In this document: positions 22,111 through 35,284 of the stretch, in pieces
Layout of the letters: every line of letters starts with the position of its first letter
Numbering within the stretch: the first letter of the stretch is position 1
Origin: Psammoneis japonica
Lineage: Eukaryota
Reading direction: 5' to 3'
Assembly: GCA_008632985.1 (NCBI GenBank)
Contig: QPGO01000103.1
Span: forward strand, 186,001 to 250,000
DNA: 64,000 nt
Translations under genes and position numbers: made by a program
Notes under the pieces: model-generated
What the model was told of the DNA's origin: nothing
Seen by the model: only the letters and a program-made list of their open reading frames with translations
Database searches by the model: none

Positions 22111-24041
22111 TTACCACAACTCTACGTTGTCACGGCTCTCATCAACTTCCATCCATTTCAACTTGAGCGGAAATGCTTTGGTTTTTGTGAAGATAGAAAC
22201 AAAGTGCTGAGAATGCTCTTCTTCGTAGTCTCTAAAGGTCCTCCAGGAATGATCACCTTCTGTTGCATCCGGCAACTCGCGAAGCCAGTCATCAGAACAT
22301 GCATTTGCTAAAACAGAAAGTAGACCGTAAATTGTGATTCCACATGTTATAGAAAGCAGTGCCGGCATTTTACTCACAACAAAAGACTTACCATAGTAGA
22401 GTTCACCAACACAGCTTAGCTTTGCGTCTTCGTACGATCCAAATACCACGGGGTAGTGGCCATCTTTCGCGTAAATGGAAGTAACGAGCCATGGGTATAT
22501 ATCTTCCTTGTACTCGTTTTCCTGATACCTTTCATCCTCTTCATCTTTTGCCCATTCACAGGTTTGAAGCATTTTTTGAAAAGCGTCGCGATAAGCTCGG
22601 TCTACATAGCAGCGAAACTTAGGTATTTGGCACTCTTGAAGGAACTGCTCATTGTTTCGTCGAGCCATTTCTGCTGCCAGTGGAAGCTCTGTCTTACCCG
22701 TGACATAGGCCACAAACTGATGAGCATTCACATCGGTTTCTATTAAGGGTTCTTCTCCATTATCACCCCTGAAAAACATCATGTTTGGGTTCGACATGAG
22801 GACGTTGCGGTATAAACCAGGGCAGACGTAGCTATGGGATAAATCGCAATTGCTTGTATCAACAGGGATGTCCCCAAGCTCGCTCGTGAACACGTTCTCC
22901 ATCATTTCCCAGTCACTTGATATTTGGTAGTTGTCCAACTGGTAGGCTTCGTTGGTGGACGGAGACTCTCGTCAAGCATGGAGTAATTCGCGCGGTATCC
23001 AGTACAAAATATGATTGTATCGATGTCCTCCAGAACTGTTTTTTGTTCCTCGTCTGTTTCAAACTGTGAGTCGATACTATCAAACCTTGTTTTGATGAAC
23101 TCAACACTGTTCCCAGATGCCTGTAGTGGCACCTTGTCGGCGAGTAGTTCCACCTTATCCTGAGGCCACCAGGACGTGTGGGTCACCCAAGCGTCCACGT
23201 CACGAAAAGAGATATAGACCTTTTCGACGCCCAATTTAATAGACATGAGCGCTAAGTCTTCAGCAGAATAGCTGCCACCTATCAGAAGAATACGTTTGTG
23301 CTGAACATGCTTGTCCAACTCAGACGCATCCGAGGAGTGGACGATTGTTCCTGAAAAGGCTTTTAGTCTCTCTGCCAGGTCTTTCGGAATAAAAGGTATC
23401 CCATTTTCGCCTGCTGCCCATATGCATTTGTCATACTCGCCTGAAGTGGCTTGTCCGGTGAAGTTGTCCTTGGTCAGCACCACAAACTTCTTTGATCCTT
23501 CATTGTAGGTGACGGAAGAAACTGTCGTGTTGAACTGAACATGATTCTCCAACAGAGTGGGAGTGTTTCGAGTCACTCTAGCAATCATGTACTCCAGAAC
23601 ACTTCGTCTGGGCAAATGTACAGGCAACCGTCGTCCAAAGTGCTCGTCGTATGTGTAATCATAGAACTCCGTGTTTTCCTTTGCGCCATTCGTCCACAGA
23701 GCCTCGTACATGGTTGCCAATTCCGGTTCATCGTCGTTGCATCCATGCTTTGTGTCCTTCTCTATGGTGTTCGTCGGTGGCTCAATGTTCACTTTCTTTT
23801 CTTCGGGAGGATCATATTTCTCTTGATCTGCCTGGAAAACACGTTCCGATCGCCATACGCCACCAGGTCCTGAAGCACGCTCAAAGCATGTGACAATAGG
23901 GAGATCAGCAATGCTCTTTCCTTCCTCCAAAAGTTTCTTTCGATGCAGTTCGAGCGCATGTAGGAAAAACATTCCGCCGGGCCCACAGCCAACAACAGCT
24001 ACAGTCCGAGCTACAACGCTCTCTGGATCCCTGCTCGCCAT
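22111..24041 (-). CDS. Flavin-containing monooxygenase (FMO-like); one frameshift near 22935
   Basis: GCGPGG FAD motif, GGVW, FSGTIVHS, GGSYSAED NADPH motif and IIFCTGY. Continues in the overlapping ORF 22111-22938. Confidence 0.88.
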
Positions 24042-24358
24042 TGTTGACTCTGCTTTTGCGTTGGTGTAGAACACAAATAATAATGCGAATTGGAACTGAT
24101 GTGGAATTTGACATCTTAGATCCTAAAGATTTATTTATTATTGCCACGTGGTAAAGTCGTTAAGTGTAAAAAGGACTTTTAGTTATATAAAAATAGTGAT
24201 CGGCAGGCGACATAAAGGTGCGACATAGAATATTTAACAGAAAAATACCTTCAACATGGACCGTTTAAAATTTTTTATGCATTCACGAGAGCAAAGGAAA
24301 AGACCCAGAAAATTACTCGGACGACGTAGTACAGTACAGTAGCAATTATGGTAACACC

Positions 24359-26277
24359 ATGGCGGCGAAAACCTCTCTCCTCCTTCTTCTGGATGGCATA
24401 TTGTCGCAAGCAGATGATCAGATTCGAGATGCTTTGACCCAAATTATGGACAATATCGAAAGAAACGAAGCAGTGGTTTCACCACAGGCAAAATCCATCG
24501 TTATGAGTTTTGACCCGGCTGCCGTCGGAGTTGGTGGTTCGCTTTCCAATCTTCCTGATGTAGTCAGAGTACTGTTGGAAGCTGACCCTCAAACAGCATC
24601 TACTCCTAGTGACCTGGATGGATCTCTACCTCTTCACTTTGCTGCCTCACTGGGTGATGTGCGGGTAGCTTCTATTTTGATAGCAAAGGTAAGTACTTTT
24701 CTGAAGCTGTATTTGAGTCTCCACAGCGTAGTTCGCGTCGGACAAACACACGCTGTCTTACGCCACACTTGTAGTACCCCCGAGCTACATCAACCCCAAA
24801 TAACAAGGGTAAGTTGGCCCTTCACTACGCCGCTCGGGAAGGCCGGGACGAAATGGTATCCTACTTGCTTCGAGTTGATCCAGCCACCGCCAGGATGGAT
24901 TCATGCAAAAACAAGCTACCCCTTCATTTTGCCGCTGGAGAAGGATATGTCCATGTCGTGCGTCATTTGCTTCACGCTTATCCAGAGGGCGCATCCGTTC
25001 CGAGCTCCAAGGGTAAAATGCCTCTTCACTTTGCTGCTCGTTGGGGGCACATTCAGATTGCAAAGGATTTGCTTGCCTTGTACCCCGACGGAGTAAAGGC
25101 TCTGGACTGGGAAGGTTCTCTTCCTCTTCATGATGCGGCACGAGAAGGCCAAACCGCGATGGCTGAGCTGCTGGTGGAGCGCTATTGTCAGGGCTTGAGT
25201 ACGGCAAACCTAAGAGGCGAGATTCCGTTGTTTCCTGCTGTACGGAGTAACAATGTCGAATTGGTTGTCTCCTTGCTACAGGCGTGGCCCAGGGGAGGCA
25301 AGCAAATTTTGGCCAGTGCTTCTGCGGATGACAACGTTGAGAATTGGGATAACAATATCCTGGAGTTGTGCCTGCGGGGAGCGGTAGGAAATTTCTACAA
25401 TTGTTCAATTGGTGGAAGAAAACTGGCTCCCGCCCTCTGCCACTGCGGCCAAGTTTTTACTTCATCTTCTCGGCAGCATGTCAATGGCGACAATGCTTCG
25501 GATGGACCTTGTCAGTGCCACAGTGAGAACAAATTGAAGGTAGTTGGCGTCGGCGAGAACTCTGTAAGAGCTTATGCAGCAGGTGACACCTACGCACCTC
25601 ACGTGTTGGATGAAAAGAAGCCATCTGCTGATGAAAGGGTGGTTCCGGATGTTGCACACCTACCTGATGATTCACTTGTCCTGATTCGACGTTCCAAGTC
25701 TCCAATGCTTGAGTTGAAGACAAGCAAAAAGAGAGGTTTATCAACGGACAGTGGAGGAAAGAAACGATTGCGTTCCGGAAGCCTTTCTGGCACGTCCAGT
25801 GTTGCGCTAAGGTTGCAGGAGTTACCCCGCGAATTCTATCATCTCCATGCCGCAATCGAATGTGGCGCTACCTCTCACGTCCTCCGGTGCGTACTACAGA
25901 GGCATGCAAGCCTAGTTACCAAGGTTGATTGCTTTGGACAGCTGCCTCTTCATATTGCTGCCGCTCATAGCCGCGATCCAGAAGTGATTGACGTTGTCTT
26001 GGAGGAGATATTGCGAGTATATCCACAGGCTACCTATATACGCAACCACTTTCGTCAGTTGCCATTGCACGTTGCTCTCTGTTCCAATGCAGACTTTCGG
26101 CTTATAGAAGCCCTGGTTAAGGCCAATCCATCATCGGGTTTCGAACGTTGCCGGACGAACGATAAGTTCATTGACTCGCTACCACTGCAAATGGCAACCG
26201 AATCCGGTTGTGATCTTAGCACTACCTATCTTTTGCTCCGTGGCGACCCCAATTTTGTTCAGAAATTTGTTGGCTGA
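24359..26277 (+). CDS. Ankyrin-repeat protein, intron 24689-24774
   Basis: Multiple G.LPLH.AA repeats. The GTAAGT...TGTAG intron joins ...ILIAK to YPRATSTPNNKGKLALHYAAREG in frame. Confidence 0.9.
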
Positions 26278-26635
26278 CCCCCGGGGGGGAGGGCTACACC
26301 TGGCTACATTGGTTCGTCTTCGAGTGAATATTTAACGCTAGTAGCTACTGCTATGCATGATATTCATTTAGGCGATTGCGTCACTAGAGGTGGTCACGTT
26401 ACATACAAAAGCACTGTTACCGGTAGAGTTTCTTTGTTTGGCAGCCCCGCCGTAATGAAAGGTTTCCTCGGTTAGGCGGTCAGTCCCCGGCGAGTTTCTT
26501 TCTGACTGCTGATGCTGCTCCTCCTCCTTTTTGACTGCCCCACTTACGACGTCCTATGCTGAAAGGGCCGGATGAGTTACGGCATGTGTGACAGCTGGGC
26601 ATGTGTGGATGCGTGGTTAAAAGCTCCCCTGTTTC

Positions 26636-26742
26636 CGACGTCATGTTACAACAGTGTCTTTTGTGGGTTTCCCCGAAAGAACTCATTTCTGTCATGTTGC
26701 AACAGCGTCTTTTTGGGGGGGTTTCCCTGGAACTCATTTCTA
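26636..26742 (+). repeat. ~52-bp tandem duplication
   Basis: gtcatgtt(a/g)caacag.gtctttt...gggtttccc...gaactcatttct occurs twice. Confidence 0.75.
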
Positions 26743-27796
26743 GATCATTGGGGAGCTTTTCCAATCTCCATTCTTGTCATGCTGAGGCAGGGGCGGGCAC
26801 AGCTTGCAACCAGTGGTTGTTGGGGTCAACATCAAGATTGTTCAAAACATTTTCTCATGAATGACAAGTCCATCAGCAACTCAAATTCAAAATGGCACCC
26901 CGCCCCCTCTGATTGACAATGAAGGATCTGTGTCATGGGGCCATCATTTTGTTGTTGCACACTTGAGGCATGGAAGAATCCTTGTCAGCCAAACAAGTCT
27001 GAGCAACATCAAAATCTACGTGACTCCATTGAGGGTTGGGAATGAATCAGGTGAATCAAATGGGGCAGCAGGAGCAAGACACCAGCACCAGCAGAAGAAT
27101 TGCCACATCAGAAGAACCCAACTCAGTCACTTGATCAGGGATGACAGCACCTCAATTGGAAAGACCAGTGGCTGCATCACCAGAGTGGGTTGTTTGTTTG
27201 TTGCAACATGTGGGAGCAGGAGCATCAGAGGATTTTTAGCAACACCTTGCTCCAAGATGCATTCTCTCCTCCGTTGGAGGCATGGAGCTGTTGTTAGAAA
27301 TTTGGAGGCATCATGGCTCATCATTGGGAAAAGCACTGCTCTGATTGAGAAACAAAGAAAAATCCAATGTGTGGCTGATGTTGCAACACAAATGATGAAC
27401 CAGTGCTCCATGGCAAGTGCACCCCACAAAGAGGATGCTCTTCAATGTCTTGGAACATGGACAAAAATGCACAATGTTGGGTGGGTTTGACAGATGACTG
27501 GGCAGAGAGCAACAACTGCCAAAGAAGCAAAACCCAGCTGATGGGGCAGTTTGTCAGCTGTTCTGGCCAATCAGATTGTTGGGTGGAGAGCAACCACACA
27601 AGCACACAAGAAAGCCCAGCTGACAGGCAAGTTGTTCATCTGTGATTGTTTGATTGAGATTGTGCCACTGGCTGTGAGTTGGCATGCACAATCAGACAAA
27701 TTGAGCAACAATTTAAAAAGGTTGAATTTTCCCAACTGGCACGTCAGAAAATCTCAGCCATCAGCACCAGACTTGGCTGTTCATCCTCAAGTTGCA

Positions 27797-29240
27797 CTGT
27801 GGCAAAACTGCTCTCCTTCTTCTTTTGGACAGCAGATGACAAAAATTCAAGATGCCTTAACCCAGATTGTTGCCCCAAGAAAGAAATGGGTGGCAGTGTT
27901 GCCACAGACAAAATTCATTCTTGTCACATGAGTTTTGAGCCAGCTGCCTTCATCTGAATTGTGGGTTTGCTCTCCAATCTTCTTCCTGATGTGATGCAGC
28001 CAGTTCATTGTTGGAGGCTGGCCCTCAGCCAAGCTGCATCCTGCCCCAGTGCCCTGAGTCAATCTCCACCTTTTTGCTTTGCTGCCTCACTTGGTGACAT
28101 GTGGGCAGCTTTCATTTGAGAGAAAAGGCAAGCACTTGTTCTGAAGCTGTGTTTGAGTCTCCACAGCACAGTTCATGCCCAACAAATGCACTTTGTCTCA
28201 CTTCACACTTTCTCATCACTCCTGAGCTGCATCAACCCCTTCACTGCACCACTCATGAAGGCCATGATGAAATGGCACCTTGCTTGCTTTGAGTTGATCC
28301 AGCCACTGCCATGTTGGATTCTCATGCAAAAAGCAAGTTGCCCCTTCATTTTGCTGCTGGAGAAGGAAGCCTCAATCTTGTGCATGATCATTTGCTCAGT
28401 GCTTGTTGAGAGGGTGGTGCATCCACTCTGAGCTCCATGGGCAAACTGCCTCTTTATTTTCTCTGCTCATTGGGGCAAATTTGCAGATTGCAGAGGATTT
28501 TCTCACCTTTTGCCCCATCTGAGCAAATGCCCTGGACTGGGGAGGCTCTCTTGTCTTCCTCGTGCTGTTTTGCACACTGAGCAGATGATTTGTGTGTTCT
28601 GATCTGTTGTTCAAAGCCTCCATCCCTTGAGCCAAAGATGGCTGAGCAACAAAAGAGGTTTGTCATGAGATGGTCAAAGAAAGAAATGGCTGCATTCTGG
28701 CTGCCTTTCTGGCTCTTCCCGTGTTGTGGTGCTGAGGTTAGAGAAGCAGCAGCCTTGCAAATTCAAGTCATCTTTGTGCCACTGCCAAACATGGTGCAAC
28801 CTCTCATGTGCTCTGCTGCACATTGCAGAGGTGTCCAAGCCAAGTTGCTGATGTTGATTGCTTTGGAGGACAGCTTCTGCCGCTTCACATTGCAGCCACT
28901 TGCAGCTGTGGCACAAAAGTGCTGGTTGCCGTTGTTTCAGAGGAGACACTGCAAGAGAGCGCACAGGCCACCAGCAGTGCACTTTGCTTGCTCTCATGCT
29001 GCAATGCAAACTTTTGGCTTGTTGCAGAAGTCCTGGAAAAGGCCAGCCCACATTGTCTGGTTTCAAGTGTTGTTGGACAAATGTCCCGCCACTGCAAATG
29101 ATGGCTTTGCCAAATGTGGTTGTAAGATCTCTTGGCACTGCCTGTCATTTTTCTCTGTGGTGGCCCCCACATTTTGTTCAGAAGTTTGTCAGCTGATCCT
29201 CATGAAAAAAAAAAACAGCTGCACCTGGCTGTGATGGCTT
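27797..29240 (+). pseudogene. Heavily mutated copy of the ankyrin gene at 24359-26277
   Basis: Colinear similarity from the 5' end (gcaaaactgctctccttcttctt) through the intron to the 3' end (tttgttcagaagtttg), with internal deletions. TpA and CpG are converted to CpA/TpG and the donor GTAAGT has become GCAAGC. Confidence 0.88.
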
Positions 29241-29987
29241 TGTCTTTGAGTGTGCAACCCTGGCACCATCACATTGTGCAGCAGCACGCTTTTTCCACAG
29301 AGCAGCTTTTTTGTTTGGCAGCCCGCGTTGTTGGACACCCTTTGTGAAAGTTTTCTCATTTTTTTGGTTCCTGGAAATGGCTCCAGGATGACACAAGCAC
29401 TCAAGGCTCAAGTCATTTTGGAAGTTGCACCTGGTGAAAAATTGCTTCAACGGTGGTGTCACAAAGACAGAGCGGCCAAACACAGCAGCCATCATCAACG
29501 AGTCTTTGAGCCCCACATTTGTTCATGACTTGAGCTTGCAATCCAGTGAGTTCATCCATCTGTCCATCTTCTGACCATCACTTTGGCATTGTGCACAGGC
29601 TCAAGGTTTTTTTTGGGGGGAGGGGGGGATTTTGCAACAAACTGGGCAGCCCCACCACTCTCGTCACCGTGACCCGAGCCCACCCGAGCGGCAGATGAGT
29701 TGCCATTGCCAATGCTCCACTGCACCATCCATCAACACGATGGCAATGCCGCAACATCAGCACAATGATGGCAAACCAATTGAATTTTGAATTGCGATGA
29801 GGTTGTGCCGTCCGTGCTGCAGGGGTGCCGGTGCGCGCCAAGTGCGCACTGCCATGCTGCATTGGAAAGCTCAGGTCTCGGGAGGTCTCACTTTTTACTT
29901 TTTACTCTCACCTCATCACTCATCACCTCGCAAAGAAGTCAACGAAGCCCCGCCCAGCCAGCTGTACCTTGTACCTCGCAGACGATT

Positions 29988-30943
29988 ATGGAGAATGCAG
30001 TGACCAGTGATGCTGACGATAAGGATCAAGTTGCCATTGAGAACTCCATTGAGACGATCCACCTTGCAGACTTCGGTGCTTCCAACAACCATGACACCAA
30101 CAGCACCGGCAACACATGCAGCTCGCCCGCTGGCCAAGCACTTGTGAGAGCCCTGTCCACGATTGGATTTGCATTGGTCGTGGCGCCTGATGCCATGCCT
30201 CTCGATCTTGTCCAACAGTCTTTGACCCAGTGCGGTAATCTGTTGGATGGTGTCAGGAACGGCACAATTGTGTTGGGTGTGAAAACACAAGTGCCCAAAC
30301 CAAAACGAAAAATGGGAGATTTGAAGCACAGCCTCATGTTGCGACGAAAGCATTTGGACCACGACGAGATACTGCAGAAGTGTTGGAATGGGCTACAGCA
30401 AGTGAAATCACGGGTATTGCAAGTATTGGAGGAGCAACTACAACTACAACACCAACAACTTACAAACAAACATCACGAAGAAACTGACGAGATGCGCCTA
30501 CTGCAATACCCAGCTCTCGACGAGGACATGGCGAGGCGTCTCAAGAAAGGAAATCGATGCTATGAACATGTCGATTATGGTACCATTACATTGTTGATCA
30601 TGGACCGTCCGGGATTGGAAGTTCAACCAAAGATGGTTTTTGGATACCCATTCCGTTTCGCACCGACACACCCGCCATTGCTGTCAATGTCGGACGCGAA
30701 TTAGCCTTGGACGAATCCAATGGGAGTCTGGTAGCAGCCATGCATCGCGTTCCGGGGCCTTGTTCCCAGGGATCGCGGCTACCCAAGGATATGCTGTTGC
30801 AGCCGCGACTTGCGATTGCTTTGTTTGTGCAAAAGCAGCTCTACAACAACAGTGCCGGAAAGGGCAAAAAGGCGCCCAAGAACAAGGTTCGAACGCGGCC
30901 TCAACGAGAAGAGGAAAAGACCCCCCACCCCCACAGCTTGTGA
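29988..30943 (+). CDS. 2-oxoglutarate/Fe(II) dioxygenase (IPNS-like); frameshift near 30630, possibly a pseudogene
   Basis: MRLLQYP, EHVDYGTITLL and GLEV, then in another frame SNGSLVAAMHRV...RLAIALF. Confidence 0.75.
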
Positions 30944-30955
30944 TTAGTTAGCAGC

Positions 30956-31990
30956 ATGGTGGCGAAAACCCCTCTCCTCCTTCTTCTGGATGGCATATTG
31001 TCACAAGCAGATGATCAGATTCGAGATACGTTTACCCAGATTATGGACAGCATCAAAAGAAACGAAGCAGTGGCTTCACCACAGGCAAAATCCATCTTTA
31101 TGAGTTTTGACCCGGCTGCTGTCGAAATTGGTGGTTCGCTTTCCGACCTTCCTGATGTAGTCAGAGTACTGTTGGAAGCTGACCCTCGAACAGCATCTAC
31201 TCCTAGTGACGTGGATGGATCTCTACCTCTTCACTTTGCTGCCTCACTTGGTGATGTGCGGGTAGCTTCTATTTTGATAGAAAAGGTAAACACTTTTTCT
31301 GAAGCTGTATTTGAGTCTCCACGGCGTAGTTCGCGTCGGACAAACACACGCTGTCTTACGCCACACTTTTAGTAACCCCCGAGCTACATTAAACCCAAAT
31401 AACAAGGGTAATTTGGCTCTTCACTACGCCGCTCGGGAAGGCCGGAATGAAATGGTATCCTACTTGCTTCAGATTGACTGCCTCTTCACATTGCGGCCGC
31501 TCATAGCCGCGATCCAAAAGTGATTGACGTTGTGTTGGAGGAGATATTGCGAGTATATCCACAGGCTACCAAAGTACGCAACCACTTTCATCAGTTGCCA
31601 CAGCACGTTGCTCTCTGTTCCAATGCAGACTTCCGGCTTATAGAAGCCCTGGTAAAGGCCAACCCGTCTTCGGGTTTCGAACGTTGCCGGACAAACGATG
31701 AGTTCATTGACTCGCTACACTGCGAATGGCTACCGAATCCGGTTGTGATCTTAGCACTACCTATCTTTTGCTCCGTGGCGACACCAATTTTGTTCAGAGT
31801 TTGTTGGCTGACCCTCGGAGAGTGAATGTTTAAAGCTAGTAGCTACAGCTATATATGGTATTCATTCAGGCGATTGCGGTCATGTTACATTAACGCTATT
31901 ACCGGTACTTTTTTTGCTTGGCAGCCCGCGGTAATGAAAGGTTTCTTTTGTTAGGCGTTCCGTCCCCAACGAGTTTCTTTGTGACTGCTA
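30956..31990 (+). pseudogene. Second, near-identical but internally deleted copy of the ankyrin gene, including its 3' flank
   Basis: MVAKTPLLLLLDGILSQADDQIRD matches 24359. The junction near 31470 joins sequence equivalent to ~24875 with ~25940. Frameshifts present; TpA sites retained. Confidence 0.88.
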
Positions 31991-32100
31991 TTACGACTCC
32001 TCCTTTTTGACTACCCCACTTTGCGTTCAACGCAAATCAAAGGAACCGATGAGCGACAGCAGACCAAAAGGAAACGTCCTCATACGGTACCGAATGCGAC

Positions 32101-33928
32101 TTACCTATCCCCTGACGCCACATTTCCATCATCCAAGTTTCTTTTGAGGAACAACCGCACGGGTGTAATGGCCCATGCGATCCGAAACGGAAGCAGAAAA
32201 AGAAACTTGGCTGTCCGCCACAAGAATCGCCAATTCATCAATGCAAGAAGAATCAACAATGCTCGCAAAAACGAATCCACGCTTCTTTCTGGATGAGCAC
32301 ATGATTCATCCACATGATCCGTCAGAGCCGTCGGAACTGCAAAGTCCATCTTGTCATTTATGCGGGCGAGAGCATTTTGTATCTTTGGACATGTCGATTC
32401 AAAGTGTGTTACAAGGAAGGAATAGACGTCATTCCATGTTTGAGTTACAAATTGAACGGCGGTATTCCAGTGATCACGAATGACTGCCAGCACGGGCGCA
32501 ACGTGTTTTTCGTGGACCGGCATGACCTTTTCGTCCACGTGCTGTTTCAAGTGCAAGTTGTAAAGCTCCCGCGACTTTTTAATACCCGGTGCAGCTGCCA
32601 CTGCAGCCTGTTCTGCTGCTTGCTTTGCTACGCGAAATGACTTTTCCTTGGCAAACGAAGCCTGACCAGCGACACGTCGACTCGCACTAGCAACCGAAGA
32701 CATTGTGTCTTCGCTAACATGAGTCCAATTGCAGTAGGAGCGTTTCGCGTGCATTTCTTCCCAGTTGGCAAGTTCCTGTGGCGTGAAATGTGAGATTTAG
32801 ATGAGTGAGCTCAATCGACCAGCCGAACTTCACAAGTACACGGCATGAAAAAGCATACCTTTTTCCTCTCCAATAGGTCTTCTTCAAGTTCCTTGCGTTG
32901 CTTCTTCAATTCTGCAATCTCTGAATTTAGCATTTGTTCTTGTTCCTTTGATTTCATCATAACAGCTACAACCTCCTTCTCCTTTTCTTTGTGTATTTCT
33001 TGGATTTTCAGTTCCTTCCCAGCAATCACGCCCTTGGCTTCCTCTACCGCGCTATCAAGCTCCTGAACACTCTTGATACCCAGCTCTTCCATAAGTCTAC
33101 CGATACTGTTGCGATCCTTTTCTGCAGCCGACATTAAGGCATTTACTTCGTCAGTCAATTGTTGGATTCTGTCTTCTGACTCCTTTTTGATAGACGCATT
33201 CTCTTCCTCCCACTGCTTCTGATTTTCTCCAAGAGTCGCTTGTGTTTCGTTCCTGACGCTCTCTACATCTTTCTTCGCTTTCTCTTTAATCTCCTTAACC
33301 GTCCTTTCATAATCCTTAATCATATGATGCGTTTCGTTCAGAATTCGCTCCGTGCTTTCATCCGTTTCTGCATAAATGCTTTCGATTTGTTTCTCATTCT
33401 CTGCGACTAACGCATCTAACGCGATCTTATGCTCCTCCGTAATCTTTTGAATTTTCTCTTCTGCCTCATTTTTCACTTTAATAACCTCTGCTTCCGCCTT
33501 TTGAACCGCTATTTCCGCTTCCTCTTTGACAGTATTGACAGTTTCTTCGACATTTTTCACATCGTCTTCCATGGCCTTGAGTTGAGAATCAAACGAGGTG
33601 CGCGCTGCCGTCAGAGCTTCCTGTAACTGCGCCACACGCTCCAAAGCCCTCTTTTTGTCTGCCGCCATTGCATCACGCTCTTCTTCTGCTTGCGCCTTGG
33701 CTTCGTTTGCCTTGACAAGAGACTTGGCCATGATGCCGTCACACGTCAAAGAGTCTTCTTGATCCGACGAGAGCTGTGTGACGGTACCCGTCGCCTCGTC
33801 GTCTGCATAAGATCCTGTCGTTCTGTTTTCTGATTTCGATGTCCGAATCCAAGAGCACCATGGCTAGGATATATCAATAGGAACAAGTAGCAACAAAGCA
33901 ACAACGCCGTGACTGGAGGACGCATCAT
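32101..33928 (-). CDS. Signal peptide + long coiled-coil + C-terminal hydrophobic segment protein; intron 32776-32858; frameshift near 33750
   Basis: MMRPPVTALLLCCYLFLLIYPSHG signal-like start, E/K-rich heptads, and a GT-AG intron joining ORF 32811-33749 to 32101-32754. Confidence 0.7.
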
Positions 33929-34378
33929 TGTCGGTTGTTTTTTTTGTGCGATGATTTGATGTGGAGATTTTGGGAGTCGTAGGAATCTACGGACAGCGGG
34001 TGTACGTAGAAAGTATACCACGTGTACGCATCACATGCGAACCACGCGAGATTGTCGGTGACGGATGAAGTCCAGACGTTAGCAAGTTAGAATGGCGCAA
34101 CCGGCGCTTCTGTCCATTATGTACCGTCCGTTTCCGTTCAACTTTTAAAAATAGATTTATTTATTCATAGAGGTTTGATATCTGCAGGGATGACGGTCAT
34201 CGCGCTCACATTTTGCTCTTCACTTTTTTCTCCGAGAGGAAAGAAAGGGCATTCGAAAAACAATTATTTGGAAACAGGAGGTCACCAACAATTTGTTGAG
34301 ATAACACGTCGCCTGATGAGCAAGAAACGAGAATTCGAGCTCATAAGATTTGAAGACTAATCACAAAAAAAGAGAATC

Positions 34379-35284
34379 ATGACAATCAAGCCAACTCGCT
34401 TGTCTACCAAAGCGGGCTTTTCAAGAATGCAGGACCAATGGCGTTGGTTCAGCATATTCCTTGGGGTCTCTCTCGTCGCGATTGTACGAACCTACTCGTT
34501 CATCACTTATCTTGAAGGTCAGCAAGCTCAAGTAGAACGACTTCTCAGCGAGGTAACTCCTGCTGCTTCTCCTACCTTTGGACTGGTCGTTGTCCATTGC
34601 AGACGAGATCCCGAAATCACCTGGATCAACGACGTCCCAAGTGATTGGAAGCTGACAGTTTACGAAACGTGTGGAGAAAGTGTCTCCAGAAGTAGCGTAC
34701 CTTTTGAGAATAGAGGATCAGAAGAATGCACCGGATACTTCCAATACATCCTAGAAAACTACGACGACTTACCCGACATCAACGTATTCTTGCAGGACGA
34801 TGCGTTGCTTCCTTACAGTGACAATAAAAGAGGTTTCTGGCATACGCCTTTTCGAACAATAGCGGCACTCGAGAATGCAACTTTGCCACATCTGCGTCAA
34901 AGTCACGGTTTTTTACATTATGGAAAGGAAGATTTTGGATTCAAGCATCAAGTTGCGACTGAAGAGTCGTACAGTGGCTTTTACCAAAAGGAAATTTGGG
35001 ACGACCTGAACTTGCCTTACACGCATGATACGGTATCAAAGACAAGACCAAAAGCGAGCTTTGCCGTTCATCGAGACCGAATTCTCGCCAACAGTCGAGA
35101 GGTGTATGCTACTCTACAGCAAAAGATTTTTTCTTCCAACAGGGACCATGCTCGCAGGAGATGCTGTGCTCTCGAACATTCATGGCATGTCGTGTTTGGG
35201 GATCCTGCAATCATGCCTCAAACTTCCACATTAGATCAGTATTTGAAAGAAGTCGGATTCAGAGATGGAGACATGATTGGGTGA
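34379..35284 (+). CDS. DUF3431-like type II membrane protein, paralog 1
   Basis: N-terminal TM segment, FENRGSEECTGYFQYILENYDDLPDINVFLQDD, FAVHRDRIL and ALEHSWHVVFG. Confidence 0.8.
   Translation: MTIKPTRLSTKAGFSRMQDQWRWFSIFLGVSLVAIVRTYSFITYLEGQQAQVERLLSEVTPAASPTFGLVVVHCRRDPEITWINDVPSDWKLTVYETCGESVSRSSVPFENRGSEECTGYFQYILENYDDLPDINVFLQDDALLPYSDNKRGFWHTPFRTIAALENATLPHLRQSHGFLHYGKEDFGFKHQVATEESYSGFYQKEIWDDLNLPYTHDTVSKTRPKASFAVHRDRILANSREVYATLQQKIFSSNRDHARRRCCALEHSWHVVFGDPAIMPQTSTLDQYLKEVGFRDGDMIG

Noticed and set aside
27797..29240. Classical fungal RIP or CpG methylation alone as the cause of the degeneration
   Set aside because: RIP generates TpA and CpG deamination does not consume TpA, yet TpA is the dinucleotide destroyed here.
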